Below, piece by piece: positions 37,752 to 49,499 of a stretch of DNA of 64,000 nucleotides. The notes beneath the pieces are model-generated. The model saw only the letters and a list, made by a program, of their open reading frames with translations. It was not told the DNA's origin and did not search any database. This stretch comes from Octopus sinensis (lineage: Eukaryota), in assembly GCF_006345805.1 (NCBI RefSeq), contig NW_021836178.1, forward strand, positions 144,873 to 208,872, given 5' to 3'. How positions within the stretch are numbered: position 1 is the first letter of the stretch; every line of letters begins with the position of its first letter. The position numbers and the translations under genes were made by a program.

Positions 37752-39011
37752 GGTACTTTTCTATTTCATGAATCACGAAAATAGTTGCACGATTGCGTCT
37801 AACAATTCGTCGAATGCGTTGTCCAAATGGCTCACTTGCCTTCTCCATAAAAATTCTACAAATTAAATCAGAATATTTAATACCTGCAAAGTATTCACCC
37901 ATATAATGGCGTGCGGTTCCTCTTTGTCTCTTATTGCGCCATTTTGCGTTCCCCCACATTCTATATTTTTGTATACAATTTTTGCTACACGAACCTCTCA
38001 ACAGTCTGGGTATGTGCACCGGTCTCCGGGTCTACAAAATTCCGTCTGCAAATTTATAAATGAATTATAATAAACTTGTGATTAACTGTAAGGTGCATAT
38101 AAGCAAGAGCATTTAGATCTGGGGTTGAATAACCTATTAACAAGAATAAAGTAATTACAATTACCCTTCCATTTGTCAGAGTGTATCACTGAACCCGGTG
38201 CGATATTTCGCTGTATCGCTGCGGTTAACGTTCTTTTGGAGCGATCTGGTACCATCTCCAGGAAACAGTCTTTTGTTCCACGACAGATTCCCCCAAACAC
38301 CCATTGTTGAGGGAGAATCCGTCCCGCATTATTTTTTCTTTTCGAAAACATACTTTCGTCAACTTTTACGACATTTTCAATTCCACCTATGCAATCTAAT
38401 AATGTAATAACAATCAGTGTGTTCGGACGATTTGCTAAATATGCAGCACATACCTCCCGCAGCGAGTGAGACCAATTACATATCGTTTGGCCACTCAATT
38501 CCAGTTGACGCCGACACCATAAAATGGTGTGTCTGTCGAAGCTCCACATATAAATAAAACGAATACAAGATTCTAAGGACACTGTCGTGCCTTCGAGCCA
38601 CGTACCTAAAAATAAAGTACTCTCTTATTACACCGTTTCGGACAGAACTTGAAATTCGACACTCGCTTTTATCGCACACCCAAGTTGTACCATCTCGCTT
38701 TACGGTCATCAGATGTCTTTTGGCGCATTTCTTTTCGGTTGGAATGATTCCAACCTCCTGAAGGAAGGCTACGGACTCCATCTCAGAGAGAGGGAGTCCG
38801 TAGTCCTTCAATTTTGCGTATTTTCTCATCACAACGTGACCGTCCATCCACACAACCGATTAGAAAATTCAAAATTTTATTTAAAAAAAATTATAATAAT
38901 ATTTACAAAATCGGCATAGTTCATTTTTTTAATTTTTCCTCTAATATTCAAATAAATTTTCATTAATTAATTTAGTGCCTATTTTCGTGATTCATGAAAT
39001 AGAAAATTACC
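37752..39011 (-). mobile_element. Merlin (IS1595/ISXO2-like) DNA transposon with micro-introns
   Basis: 33-bp TIRs GGTACTTTTCTATTTCATGAATCACGAAAATAG (37752) and its near-complement ending at 39011. Protein: VKVDESMFSKRKNNAGR, WVFGGI, IHSDKWKG|Y, TVNHK|RNFVDPETGAHTQ. Introns at 38606-38633, 38134-38164 and 38046-38075. TSD unclear (A-rich). Confidence 0.9.
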
Positions 39012-41289
39012 AAAAAAAAACAGAGGAGATAAAGAGTGGTGATTCTGTCTTTTAAAGAAGAAATTTCAAAATTCTAACACAATCAAATACATGATTTTCT
39101 TGATTTTGAATCATTTTTTGTCGAGGAGTGCATTTTTCAAATACTCGGATTTTTATTTATGTAAAAAAACTCTCTCGAATGTCAATCCTGCATAGCTTTT
39201 GTTTATAATGGAGGGCGTTCTGATAATTATATCTAAGTCATTTAGGAATTCTTTTACTGTATTGACATTAATGTGGTTGATTACTCACTAGCAATTTATC
39301 ATTGTTCTAATTGGTGTTAATGTAATACATGCAGCAGTCACAGCAGTATCACTTCTATTAGTATCAATTGTTACATGCAGCAGTCACAGTCAAAGGGAAA
39401 CTCCCAAAACGTGCATTGCTATAAATTTGATTTAAGTAGAAAAGTCCGATTATAAATAAGAATGTCCATGTGGATTCAAAGTTCCTGGTAAATTACTATA
39501 TTTTGCAGGATGGGAAACTGTCAACAGAATCTTTGGTCAAATATTCAGATAACAATCGCGCCACTTTACTAGATGAATCTGACGTGATTATAAAAGTCAG
39601 TGGAGTAAGTGAGAAAGTGATTATATGTAAATATATCCGTTGATGTGATGTTTTCGTAGACAAATTAAACCCCAACGCCGAATATTATTTGCAGAATCGT
39701 ATTAATTTACATACAATTTTATAATAATTTTTGTTTTAAACCTTATAAATTGTACGTTCTGATAAGTATTTGTTAGTTTTCGTGTTGATTTTATCAAACA
39801 TTAATTTCAAAATATCCCCCTGATTATTTGAATCCATAATTTTATAAATTTCCTTAAGATGTATTCCTTCTTTTTTGATTAGTTAAATTTTATTTAGTAA
39901 ATCAATTCATTCTGGCGATCCTGAGTTGATTTCTCATCATTCTTCTCCGTTCTTCAATCTGGGTCAGGGATGGCTTGGCCACCGAGTTCATTTTTAGAAT
40001 AATCCCACAATGTATAAATTTCTTTTAACGATTTCAATTCTTGGCGTATTCTCAAACACTTCGTCTTTGGTCAAAATTAAGACCGGAATTTTCATAATAA
40101 TCTTTTCCGATTTTTTGAAATTTGCTGTTCGAGGTCATTGATTTTGTTTATTACGTAAGAATATGTGAATATTATTTCCTGTTTGGTTCTTTTGGAAGTA
40201 CTTTGCCACAGCAAAAGGTTCCCAGTAGAGGACTTTTGTATAACTTTGCTTATTTTGCATTTAGTGGAAACGACTTTATTTTAAACTCTCGTAATCTCGG
40301 GGTTCTGCCTGATTTCTGTTGACTTGATGTTGTTCTGAGAGACTTGGCCACTGTGTTGCAAGCATACATCGGCAGAATATTTTGGCAGTCGAAATCAATC
40401 CCAGAAAACATTTTTTGTCATCCTGCACACTTATTTTACAATTCGTCAATGTTTTGTTAAGTTTGGAGACCAAAAATATTGTCGAATCTTCTTTTCTGTG
40501 GATTATACCTTAAATGACTTTGTCGGGGATATCAAGACCGTGTTTGGCAACAACCTTCGTCAGACTTGTGGAATTACTTTTTTGATTCGCTTCCAATTCT
40601 GAATTTGTGTTTCAAGTCTTGAAAATAAATGATTTCATTATTATTCAGGTCTTCTGGAAAGTAATATCCGAGGATTTCTCCCATCAGACATCCGTTGGCC
40701 AGGTTCCTAGCATCCCTAGAAACAGAGGAGTACTATTTGGGTTTCTATAAAGGCGTACTCAAATCAAAGCTTTAAAGACACTTGAGTACTGTTAAATTTT
40801 TTCAGGACAAATTCCCCCCCATGATGGCCGACTATATTAGCTTGTTCGACTTCCTCTATGCCTTTTTCATCTCAAACTAAGGAATCATGTAATGTGTACT
40901 TAAGATATGAGATCTACTATGAAAATGAGAAGATAAATAAATTATAAAGATGGTTAAATATCACATTGAAAAGCTGACGACCTTCCTTCGGGTTGTCTGG
41001 CTTACCTAATTAATTTATTTAATTAAGTGTTTGTGATTTTCTGTTAAATAAGAAACTTACTTAAATAGAGTATGCAATTTACAGATTTTGAAAACACTTG
41101 AACACTTTTTTTTGAAATAGCCCAACTTTTAATAAAAAATCCCATTTGCAAATTTACTGTTTTTTTAAACAATCGATAATCAATAAATTTGGGTCAGATC
41201 TAAGAGAAAATCGATCATTTCTTTCCCAACCTAGTATTTTGTATAAATATAACAATTAATATATGGAAATTTTATTTAAAGAATGAATA

Positions 41290-41772
41290 ATTTCAATAAA
41301 AGAAGTCAAAGTTTGACAGATCTTTGTAATATTGAGGAAAGAGGCGTTTTTCATAACTTCACTGCGGAAAGTTGCTTTGATTTTCAGTGTGTGGGGCCTC
41401 ATATTCCCCAAAATGTGATTGCATGAGGTCATAATTATGTGGGGGCTCATATGCATTCGAGTAAGTAGGTGTATATTCCTCGATAGATTGCCAAGGGATA
41501 TCTTTTAACCAAATATCTTCATAAAAGGTGTATGTATTTTTCTGCCCTTTTTTTCTTTTAAGGATCCTCGGGTTGTCTTTCAACTCCCCCCACATTCTTG
41601 CAAGTTCGGTTGGATTGGTAATTCGAAACGAATTCGACATCACAATCCACATGAGATAAGGAAACTTTTTGTTCAAATTTTTAATGAGAAATTGATATGG
41701 CAATTTTTGCAAATTTACTTCTTTTTTTATTACAAGGGCGCACGTCGTTTGTTTTAAGTGTTAATTCGTAAT
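41290..41772 (-). CDS. ETS-domain-like gene, copy 2, lacking the recognition helix; 5' end deleted relative to copy 1
   Basis: ORF 41359-41712: PYQFLIKNLNKKFPYLMWIVMSNSFRITNPTELARMWGELKDNP-RILKRKKGQKNTYTFY. Flanks are homologous to 12788-13365. Confidence 0.65.
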
Positions 41773-41779
41773 TGTTAAA

Positions 41780-43560
41780 AATTTGTACTTTGGCACTATG
41801 TAACAGTCCGATCTCACTTGCAAGTAGGTCGTATTTGTCGAGTTTTTCCGGACAATTTACATCTCGTTCTGACAGAACAGATTTCTATCTTGAAATAAGC
41901 AAAATAGACCCTCACTACTTGGGCATATATTGCCTTCCTGCAACCACAAAGAAGATTCTTTAATATCGGGATGAATGTTTTTGTTGCATTTGTAAAGTGA
42001 TGAATGTAAACTTTTCGTTTCGATTATATCAAGAAGGCATTTGAGTTGAATTTCCTTTAAATTTTTTATGTTGTTATATTTGGTGTATTTATGCTTTAAG
42101 TAGTCTGCGATGGCGTCCAAATGGGTTTTCATTAAATTTTCAGTTTGCAGAATACCAGTCTTTCTCAGACAGCCTACCGATTTTTTTATGTCAGTATAGA
42201 ATTCCAGTAACATTCTTTCGCTCTTCATCGATATTGATTCCAATCCTCTTCCAAGGTATGTACGAGGGAGATATAGCCTCTGACAATTTGCAGGTCTCAA
42301 GTGTATGTGATATGAATTAAGTTGTAGACGAATTTCTCTGTCAATTACTTCAAACTCATCAGGTTCTATGTCTATCAATCCAATGTAATAATTGTAAAGG
42401 GACAATGCGTGCTCATTCAAAGCTTTAAAGAGATTAATACTATTCAGTTTCGTGCCTGTTAGTCTCTTTATACGTGCTTTGATCTCTGCACTTATTTTTT
42501 CCATCATCTCATCGGCTCAATGGGTCCATTACAAGCGTAAATAACTGTAGAGATAAAGCATCTCCCTGTAGGGTCCCGAACTTTATTCAAATTTTTTCGA
42601 TTATTTTTTTGTTCAGGTTGAGTTTCAGCTTTCACTGGGTCAAAATCACTTTTACGAACCTGGTGATCCAAGAGCAGTCTAAAACGTGATAAAGAAAGTT
42701 ATGATCCACACTATCAAAAGTTTTTTTCACATCTATCAAGGATGTAAACAAATTGTTTCTGTAGGCCAGGTTTATACTCTTGCTAATCAAGGCCTGTTCT
42801 TTGGCTTCTTGACATTTTCTTTTACATCCAAGTTGATTATCCGAAACAAGCGAATAATATTCCAAATAATTTATTAATTTCATATTTACGCGTTTAGTGA
42901 GAACTTTATACAGGTTTGGCAGCATGTTATGGGTCTGAGGTCTTTTGGCAGATTCGAGTTAGGCTTCTTTGGGATGATTCGGTATGTACTCTTCTTTACA
43001 AATTTTTAAGACTTCAGTATAAATATACGGATGTAAAGATTCGAAATGTTTTAATGAAAAAATTATACACCCCGTCGCAGCCACAGGATCTCCAATTTGG
43101 AAGATATTTTATAACATCTTCGAAAAGTTCTTGACTAACAGAGAATATATCAGATTCTGCCCAGTTTGTCTGACTGGCAAGTTCATTTTCTCATTTTGAC
43201 AGGTATTGGTTCTTTTAGACCAAATATCTTTCCAAAAATTAAAACACTTATCTGGGTTAAACATGCTAGATGATAAATGATCAGCAGGGTCCAAAGATCT
43301 GTAGAACGCTCTTTGATATAATTCGAAAGAGCGGTTGTCGTGGTTGAATTCCCTTCTGAACTCATACACAGTAATTTTCTTTTCTAATATTTTTATAGTG
43401 TCTTCGATATGCGACATACTTCTTTCTTTCTTTTCCTTTTTTGATTTTTTGTAACTCAGTGACCTGAGAATATCATAGGTGATTTTTTTCTCTTCATCTG
43501 TAACTCTACGCTCAAAGTGCTTTCGAACAAGTTCCAATTTTCTCTTCCAGTTCTCAACTT
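41780..43560 (-). mobile_element. Degenerate R4/Dong-type RLE non-LTR retrotransposon
   Basis: FYRSLD..., QLGCKRKCQEAKEQALI, DVKKTFDSVDH, TKLNSINLFKALNEHALSLYNYYIGLI, RLYLPR..LGRGL; homologous to 49551-53093, with internal deletions. Confidence 0.85.
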
Positions 43561-44341
43561 TTTTCTTTGTGGTTTATAAAATTTGTTGCAACTGTGATGG
43601 ACAGATTTAATGTGCATCTACAATACAACAAATGCTAGAGAGGAGCACATTACATAGCAACAGCATATTGCTGTTTGTCGTGTGCCTAGAACTACTAAGC
43701 AGAGTCCTCACTGCCTAATTCGAACAAATGTCGATCGAGCATAATGAAAAGTGTTATAGCACTAACCATCTCATATTCATAGTCGATATTAAACTGTTCC
43801 CTCAGTCTTCGTGGTTCCAGTCTTTTCCTAACATTTAGTCAGCGATGAGCACTGGACTGCATATCCTCGGAGGTCTACAAAGCCAGAGAAGAGAAGGAGG
43901 AAAAAGGGCCACTCCCTGTTCACTTAAAAAGCTTGGGACTTAGTTAAACAATTAATTAGTTTCTTTTTATTAATGTGATATTTATATGCATTTCGACATT
44001 TTAATAAAAAAGTCTGACAGATTAAAAACTACTCCGTTTAAAGTAATATATCAAATGGTTTTAAGCACACATCTCCAAATCTTCATTACAGTTTTTTCTG
44101 TATGCAAAGAGATGGAGGTTCATCGCCGAGCAAAACTTCATTTATCATAATGAAGAGTTTTAATTAGTAATGTGACCAGAAAAGGTAGGATATACCCCCT
44201 TTCTGCAACTATGTCGTTCCGGAAGGACTCACGGATGGACAACGTTGACAAGACTTGATTCCAGTTGAAAAATTGTTTTCTTCGTTGTGTTTGATTTGAC
44301 TATATTTTGATTAAATTCAGTTAAAAAAAGAATAAAACAGA

Positions 44342-44945
44342 CTATTTGTGAATATTGCCAAGTCTGTTAATCAACAGTCGAGTCACCTTCCACAGAATCC
44401 GTTCCATGACCCACTCGAAGGGTTCCGTCGAGGACGTGGAGTGGAGAGCTTGTCTCAACAGCGGGATTATTCTGTCGTTTCATTTACGGACAAACCAATC
44501 ACCCACGTTCCCGCCATAGGGGATATCAACAAATAAAAAGGGGCCGATCACCGCCTCCCCGTTTCCGTGTGACTCAATCAATTCTTCAATGTATTTCCAC
44601 GTCGAGTCCAAAAAAGTCGCAACTTGTCGGTTTCTTCCGCAGTTTTTCATGGAATTCTCCGAGTTGATACTTTCACGGAAGACCACCCGCGGGAGAATAT
44701 TGACCAGGGGTTCCATGTGTGAGGTCAGGTGATGGATTTTGAAGTTGTACTTCAATTCCAGTTGTTTAACCAGTTTTCCGTGTTTGCGACAGGTACCCAG
44801 GATGAGCACTCTATACAGGTCACACGAGAATGCCACTTGGAGTTACGGATTCTGCTAAAGAACTTGCGGATTGGCTGACTCACGTTCTCTTTCTTCGACA
44901 TGTCCACGTTTTTTATTAGAATGATGGTACAGGGAGTCCTTAGGT
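44342..44945 (-). pseudogene. Neuron navigator/UNC-53 family, C-terminal AAA-region fragment
   Basis: LELKYNFKIHHLTSHMEP...TWKYIEELIESHGNGEAVIGPFLF...WFVRK*NDRIIPLL...EPFEWV parallels NAV (LHHNFRW...HTEP; TIGPRLF; WF..LWN..I.PYL; EDP..WV). The upstream part is replaced by R4 debris. Confidence 0.75.
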
Positions 44946-44949
44946 TGTA

Positions 44950-45340
44950 TCTTTAGCTCGAATGGACAAAATTTCTCTCTATTTGTACTCGGCACAGACA
45001 ACATATGAAGAAATCACCCAGAGGCCTGCCCCAAAGAGTAGGTGGAAGGAAAACATTGCCGCAAAGCTGTGGGTCTGGAGCTCAACTACAACAGGTCGGA
45101 GACTAAAATCCCTGTATGTGGTAAGGCTATAAGTATCTTGTATGATTGAGAGCCAACCTCATTAATCCGCCCTAAACGAGAAAGTGTGTAGTGGAGGGTG
45201 GGCGTAATAGGGAACCAATGTTAAAAATCGCCTCAATGCACTGAACTTATTTTATGCCTTGAACGTGTACGCGATCTCATTGCTAAACTACTACATTGGC
45301 CTGATTTAATTTGACCAGAGTGAGTACGATGAAATGAACC
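44950..45340 (+). mobile_element. R4/Dong-type deletion fragment
   Basis: AQTTYEEITQRPAPKSRWKENIAAK joined to VGLELNYNRS and LNLFYALNVYAISLLNYYIGLI. Confidence 0.7.
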
Positions 45341-45708
45341 TTATTGTCTGAAGAGTACTACTCAAAAAGAATCACGTCCAGGTGTTGGCAACAATAAAAA
45401 AGATTATACTTAAAATAACGTTGTGGTTTTTGCTATTGAAAAAATTCGTAGTACACACCTTGGGATCATAAAGGCTATGTTTTCCTCCCATTAAAGAATC
45501 CTTAGCCACTGAGGCGTTATCTTGTGGCAATTCTACACTCATAAATAAACATTTTAACGTCGTTTTATATTTAGTAAATATGGTGGACTGAACAATGACT
45601 CCTAATAAAAAATGTAAATAATTACGTCAGAATATTAGTCAATATAAATAATCGGTAATTAAATTGCACTTAATTAGAAGAAAATAAAATGTAAATAAAT
45701 TGTAAAGA

Positions 45709-48582
45709 ATGAATGCCTTTTGTGGACCATGTGGGAGACAAAGTTCGCGAATATCGACATTCTCGAAATGCAGTTCAAAACTAAGAGAAATTCCCCGACA
45801 AATTATAAAAATGAAGAACTTGGAAGAACTAGACCTGGAATCGAACGACATTTACGAGATTCCAGAAGTATTATTCGAACTGACCAAGCTGGAACGACTG
45901 TCATTATACGACAACCAAATCCGCGTACTTCCCCGTGGAGTAGTCCGACTAGAACTCCTGGTGGAACTGAATCTGTCAAAGAATGGTAGGTGGAATTAGT
46001 AATAGAATAGCCTTGGAGGACCTACCGATGACATTGGAGGAATGCAGAAACCTTCAAAGTCTAAAAATAGCAAATAATTCATTCTCAACGTAAAATAACC
46101 AAATAAGAGTAGATTCCCGGCCTGTATCTGTCATCTAGTCAAACTAACCTGTCTGGATCTCAACTTTTGTTATGTAACCCACATTCCAGAGAATATTGGC
46201 CTGCTTGTCAATTTAATGTCATTGGAAGTACGGTCTAACCCAATCTCCGAACTGCCCTCGTCGTTGGGGTGTCTGGTGAACTTGGAGTTATTGGACTGTG
46301 GGAGTACGACTACTCTGCAGTGTCTGGTATGGGTTGAGGGTGAGTGGCAGCCTGAGTCGATTGGAGAGTGTCATAAACTGCATACACTGTGGGCGGAGAA
46401 GAATTGTCTGAGGAGACTGCCTGAGGTACTGTGTGGTCTATTTGTAGTCGATTGGGGGGTTGTGTGGATTGGAGACTCTTGATTTGGGGGATAACTTGTT
46501 GGAGACACTGCCTGACTCGATTGGGGAGTTGGGGAGTCTGAAAGAATTGGATTTGTCTTTTAATAAACTGAGTGAACTGCCTCATTCGATGGGTTGTGAG
46601 TGAATGTGAGTGGTAGGCCGACTTGATCAATTAGTCACTCTTTATTTGAATGATAACTCTCTACACTCACTTCCTCAGTCGATTGCCAACTGTTCTAGTC
46701 TTGCTGAGTTGTATGTGGCCAACAATCATATCCAGGTGATTTGTTTAGTCATTGTAGACTATTCCCTCCTCATTGGGCTCACTTCCATGTCTAAGAATAC
46801 TTCATTTGGGTAGGAATGATATTAGTGATGTCCCACATTCTCTCTTTTCTGCTACTTCTCTCTCCATTCTCAATTTGTGTGATAATCAAATTGATAATCT
46901 TCCAAACCATGTGGGCAATCTTTCTCATCTGGAAGTACTCGATGTCTCCGGAAATAGGTTGTCTTTATTTATACATCAGACTTCGTAATCTGCCCACTTC
47001 TCTCACTCATTGTCCTCTCAAGTCTATCAGACTGTCCGACATGCAAACTCGTCCGATGGTTGTCTTTCAGACTGACTATGACCATTCTACACACTCCCCT
47101 GTCCTCACTTCCGTCTTCCTCCCACAGGACTGCCCCCACACTCCTACACCTATCCCTCCACAGGACTGTTCACACACTCCTTTGCCTCTGCTCCCAAAGG
47201 ACTCCCCCTATATTCCTTTGCCTTCTTTCCCGCAGGAGTCATCCCATACTCCTATATCTCTCCTTCCACAGGACTGTTCACAGAGTCGTATACTTCGCCT
47301 CCCACAGGACTCACTACACACTCCTACACCTCGCCTTTCCCAGGACTGCCCCCACAGTCCTACACCTCTACTCCACTTCACTCTCCCTTCCACTCAAGGA
47401 ATGGCCATTGCAGGGGGAGTAGACTCAGATCCCTACGTTGGGGATGATAGGGTACTCCTCCTCCACACCTCCAGGGAATATTTGTTCAATCCATTCCCTT
47501 GAATCACAACACACTCCAAGTGGGGGATAAACTACTGAATGTTAATGGAATTGTCATGGAAGGTCTTCTCCATCAGCAGGCCGTGAATGTGCTCACATCT
47601 GCCCCTCAATATCGATTTGTCGTCCAGAGGGGGTCACTCCCTCACTACTCCTCCACCAACCTCCTTGATTTGGTCACACAGGCAGGACTCGTCTCCCACT
47701 ACCCTCTCAAGGTCACACTCCTCCCTCACTCTCAGAGAGTTCATTTGCGCAGAGATGCCACTCACGGATTTGGCATAACTGTCCACGGGGGACGTGACAT
47801 TACTGCACTCCCATTTTCCAACACTGACGGGGGTCCCTTCATAGTCACGGCCGACATTCACACCCATCTCCGCGCTGGTCAGAGGATATTGCTGGTGCCC
47901 CTCCCTGTTTATTGGTAGATCAACGGGTTGAAGGCCTGCCATTTGTCTCGGACTGAGATACTCCACTTGTTTGGGGAGAAAGAGACTTTGTCCTTGGTAG
48001 TCAGTGAAGACCCCATTCCCCACGGATATATGGTCGCCTTCTTTGCTTATTTTAGAGTTTTCGTCTTCAGATGAGTGGATATGAGTACGTGGGAGTGAGG
48101 GTGGCCAAGGGAATGGACGGGGGCATATTTGTTGACCACATCGACGACCACGGGGTAATTGGCAGAGATGGACGACTCCGGAAGGACATGAGACTGATCT
48201 CTATCAATGACGTGTCTCTCCTCGATGTCAGTCTATCCGAGGCCAACAAAGTTATTTCGGCCATCTCCTCAGATTTCGAGGTCACTGCCTGCGACTTTAC
48301 TCAGGTGACTGGTCGACTCATTTGTAGTCACTGGTCGACACAAGCACAGACGGACTTGCTCCTGTCTTGTCTTTTCCTTCTCCTTTGCCATGCGTGGATG
48401 GATGGAGGAATGGATGGTCGTCTGCCACTCAAACCCCCCGTGGTGGACTGAGTCGAGCCAATGTGAGTGTTAGTGTGTTGATGTGTAGGACAGTCTCAGA
48501 ATACAAAGAAGAATACTCCTCAAACCCAGGACTGGTTATTCCCCTTAATATTGTAGATTACTTTGCCGAGAAAGTGGAATGA
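45709..48582 (+). CDS. Scribble-like LAP protein (LRRs, LAPSD, at least 3 PDZ domains)
   Basis: [32 protein letters not shown]...LVELNLSKN; [16 protein letters not shown]...VLTSVFLPQ; PDZ cores [16 protein letters not shown] and [30 protein letters not shown]. Many short introns. Confidence 0.85.
47122..47373 (+). repeat. Coding minisatellite, 7 x 36 nt (12-aa PQD.PHTP.P.. units)
   Basis: [84 protein letters not shown]. Confidence 0.9.
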
Positions 48583-48627
48583 CTTATGTGATTAATATAT
48601 ATATGAGAGAGTGTATTAAGAATAGTG

Positions 48628-49470
48628 TTAGTGGTCGTGTCGTACTACAAATATAGGGAATGACAGACGTGTGTGAATGTAGTGCTCGAATTCCCTAAGT
48701 GAGTGTGTGCCCCGTCTGCGTCGATTGTATTGGCTGTCACAATTACGGCACCCTTCACACCGACAGAGGAGAGAGCAGGGAATGCCCGCCTGAGAGTAAG
48801 GAGGGGGAGTACTCCATAGCACTCGCAGTAGTTCTTTAGACAGGCCGACCTCTTGCAGTTGCAGCCCTTTTGGTGTGATCGGTCGTCTGAGTAGGAAAGA
48901 GAGAGTACGGATCTTGGGGGCGAAGGCAGTCGGGTTGCGAGAAAGGAGGATTTTGATGGCAGTGGCTCTCTCCGCGGAGTGTCCCTCCGTGTTGTGGCAG
49001 CCCACGCAATTACAGTTGTAGCAACACGCCCCATTGGCAAAGCACTCGCAGTAACTGGCAATATTATATATTCCTACAGTTTAAGACACCGAGATTTGGA
49101 GCAGTTACATGGCTTGTGTGTGGAGGACTTGAACTCGTCATCCGAGATCTATAAAGTAATCCACCACACTCTACAGAGGACTTGATTATCACGTGGGAAG
49201 ACTTGTCTGCAGTCGACACCACTGCTCGAGTGGGAATGCCTCCTTTCGAGTGACATGGGGCTATTTTGACTATATTTCCCTTCTTTGCTTTCCTTGTTTC
49301 GGTTGAACTGAACACGTTCACCGGCCCCTTCGACCCACCTCCACTGCTGGATGTAGTGCTGGATCCAGGCAACTGTGTTTTGTTGTCCATCTGTGTATAT
49401 TACAGTATTCCGCCCACATCTGAAAACTCCAGCTGACCTATTACTTACTCCCCGATACTTAAAAATCATG
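48628..49470 (-). CDS. LIN54: LIN54/tesmin-TSO1-like double-CXC protein
   Basis: [18 protein letters not shown]...[17 protein letters not shown]|...[20 protein letters not shown]...[12 protein letters not shown]. The start codon is uncertain (49469 or 49390). Confidence 0.85.
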
Positions 49471-49499
49471 GTTTTTTGATATAAATTTTAATTTTTAAT

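Noticed and set aside
39100-40900. Coding-like minus-strand pieces (also 20750-21480, 22250-22740, 53860-54180, 60400-61560, 63530-64000)
   Set aside because: No family recognised and no consistent exon chain could be built without a profile search.
45060-45340. Possible rRNA fragment
   Set aside because: It translates as R4-type RT (LNLFYALNVYAISLLNYYIGLI); no rRNA motifs.
47122-47373. 36-nt periodic repeats as a CRISPR array
   Set aside because: Eukaryotic context, no unique spacers, and the units are a degenerate in-frame coding minisatellite.
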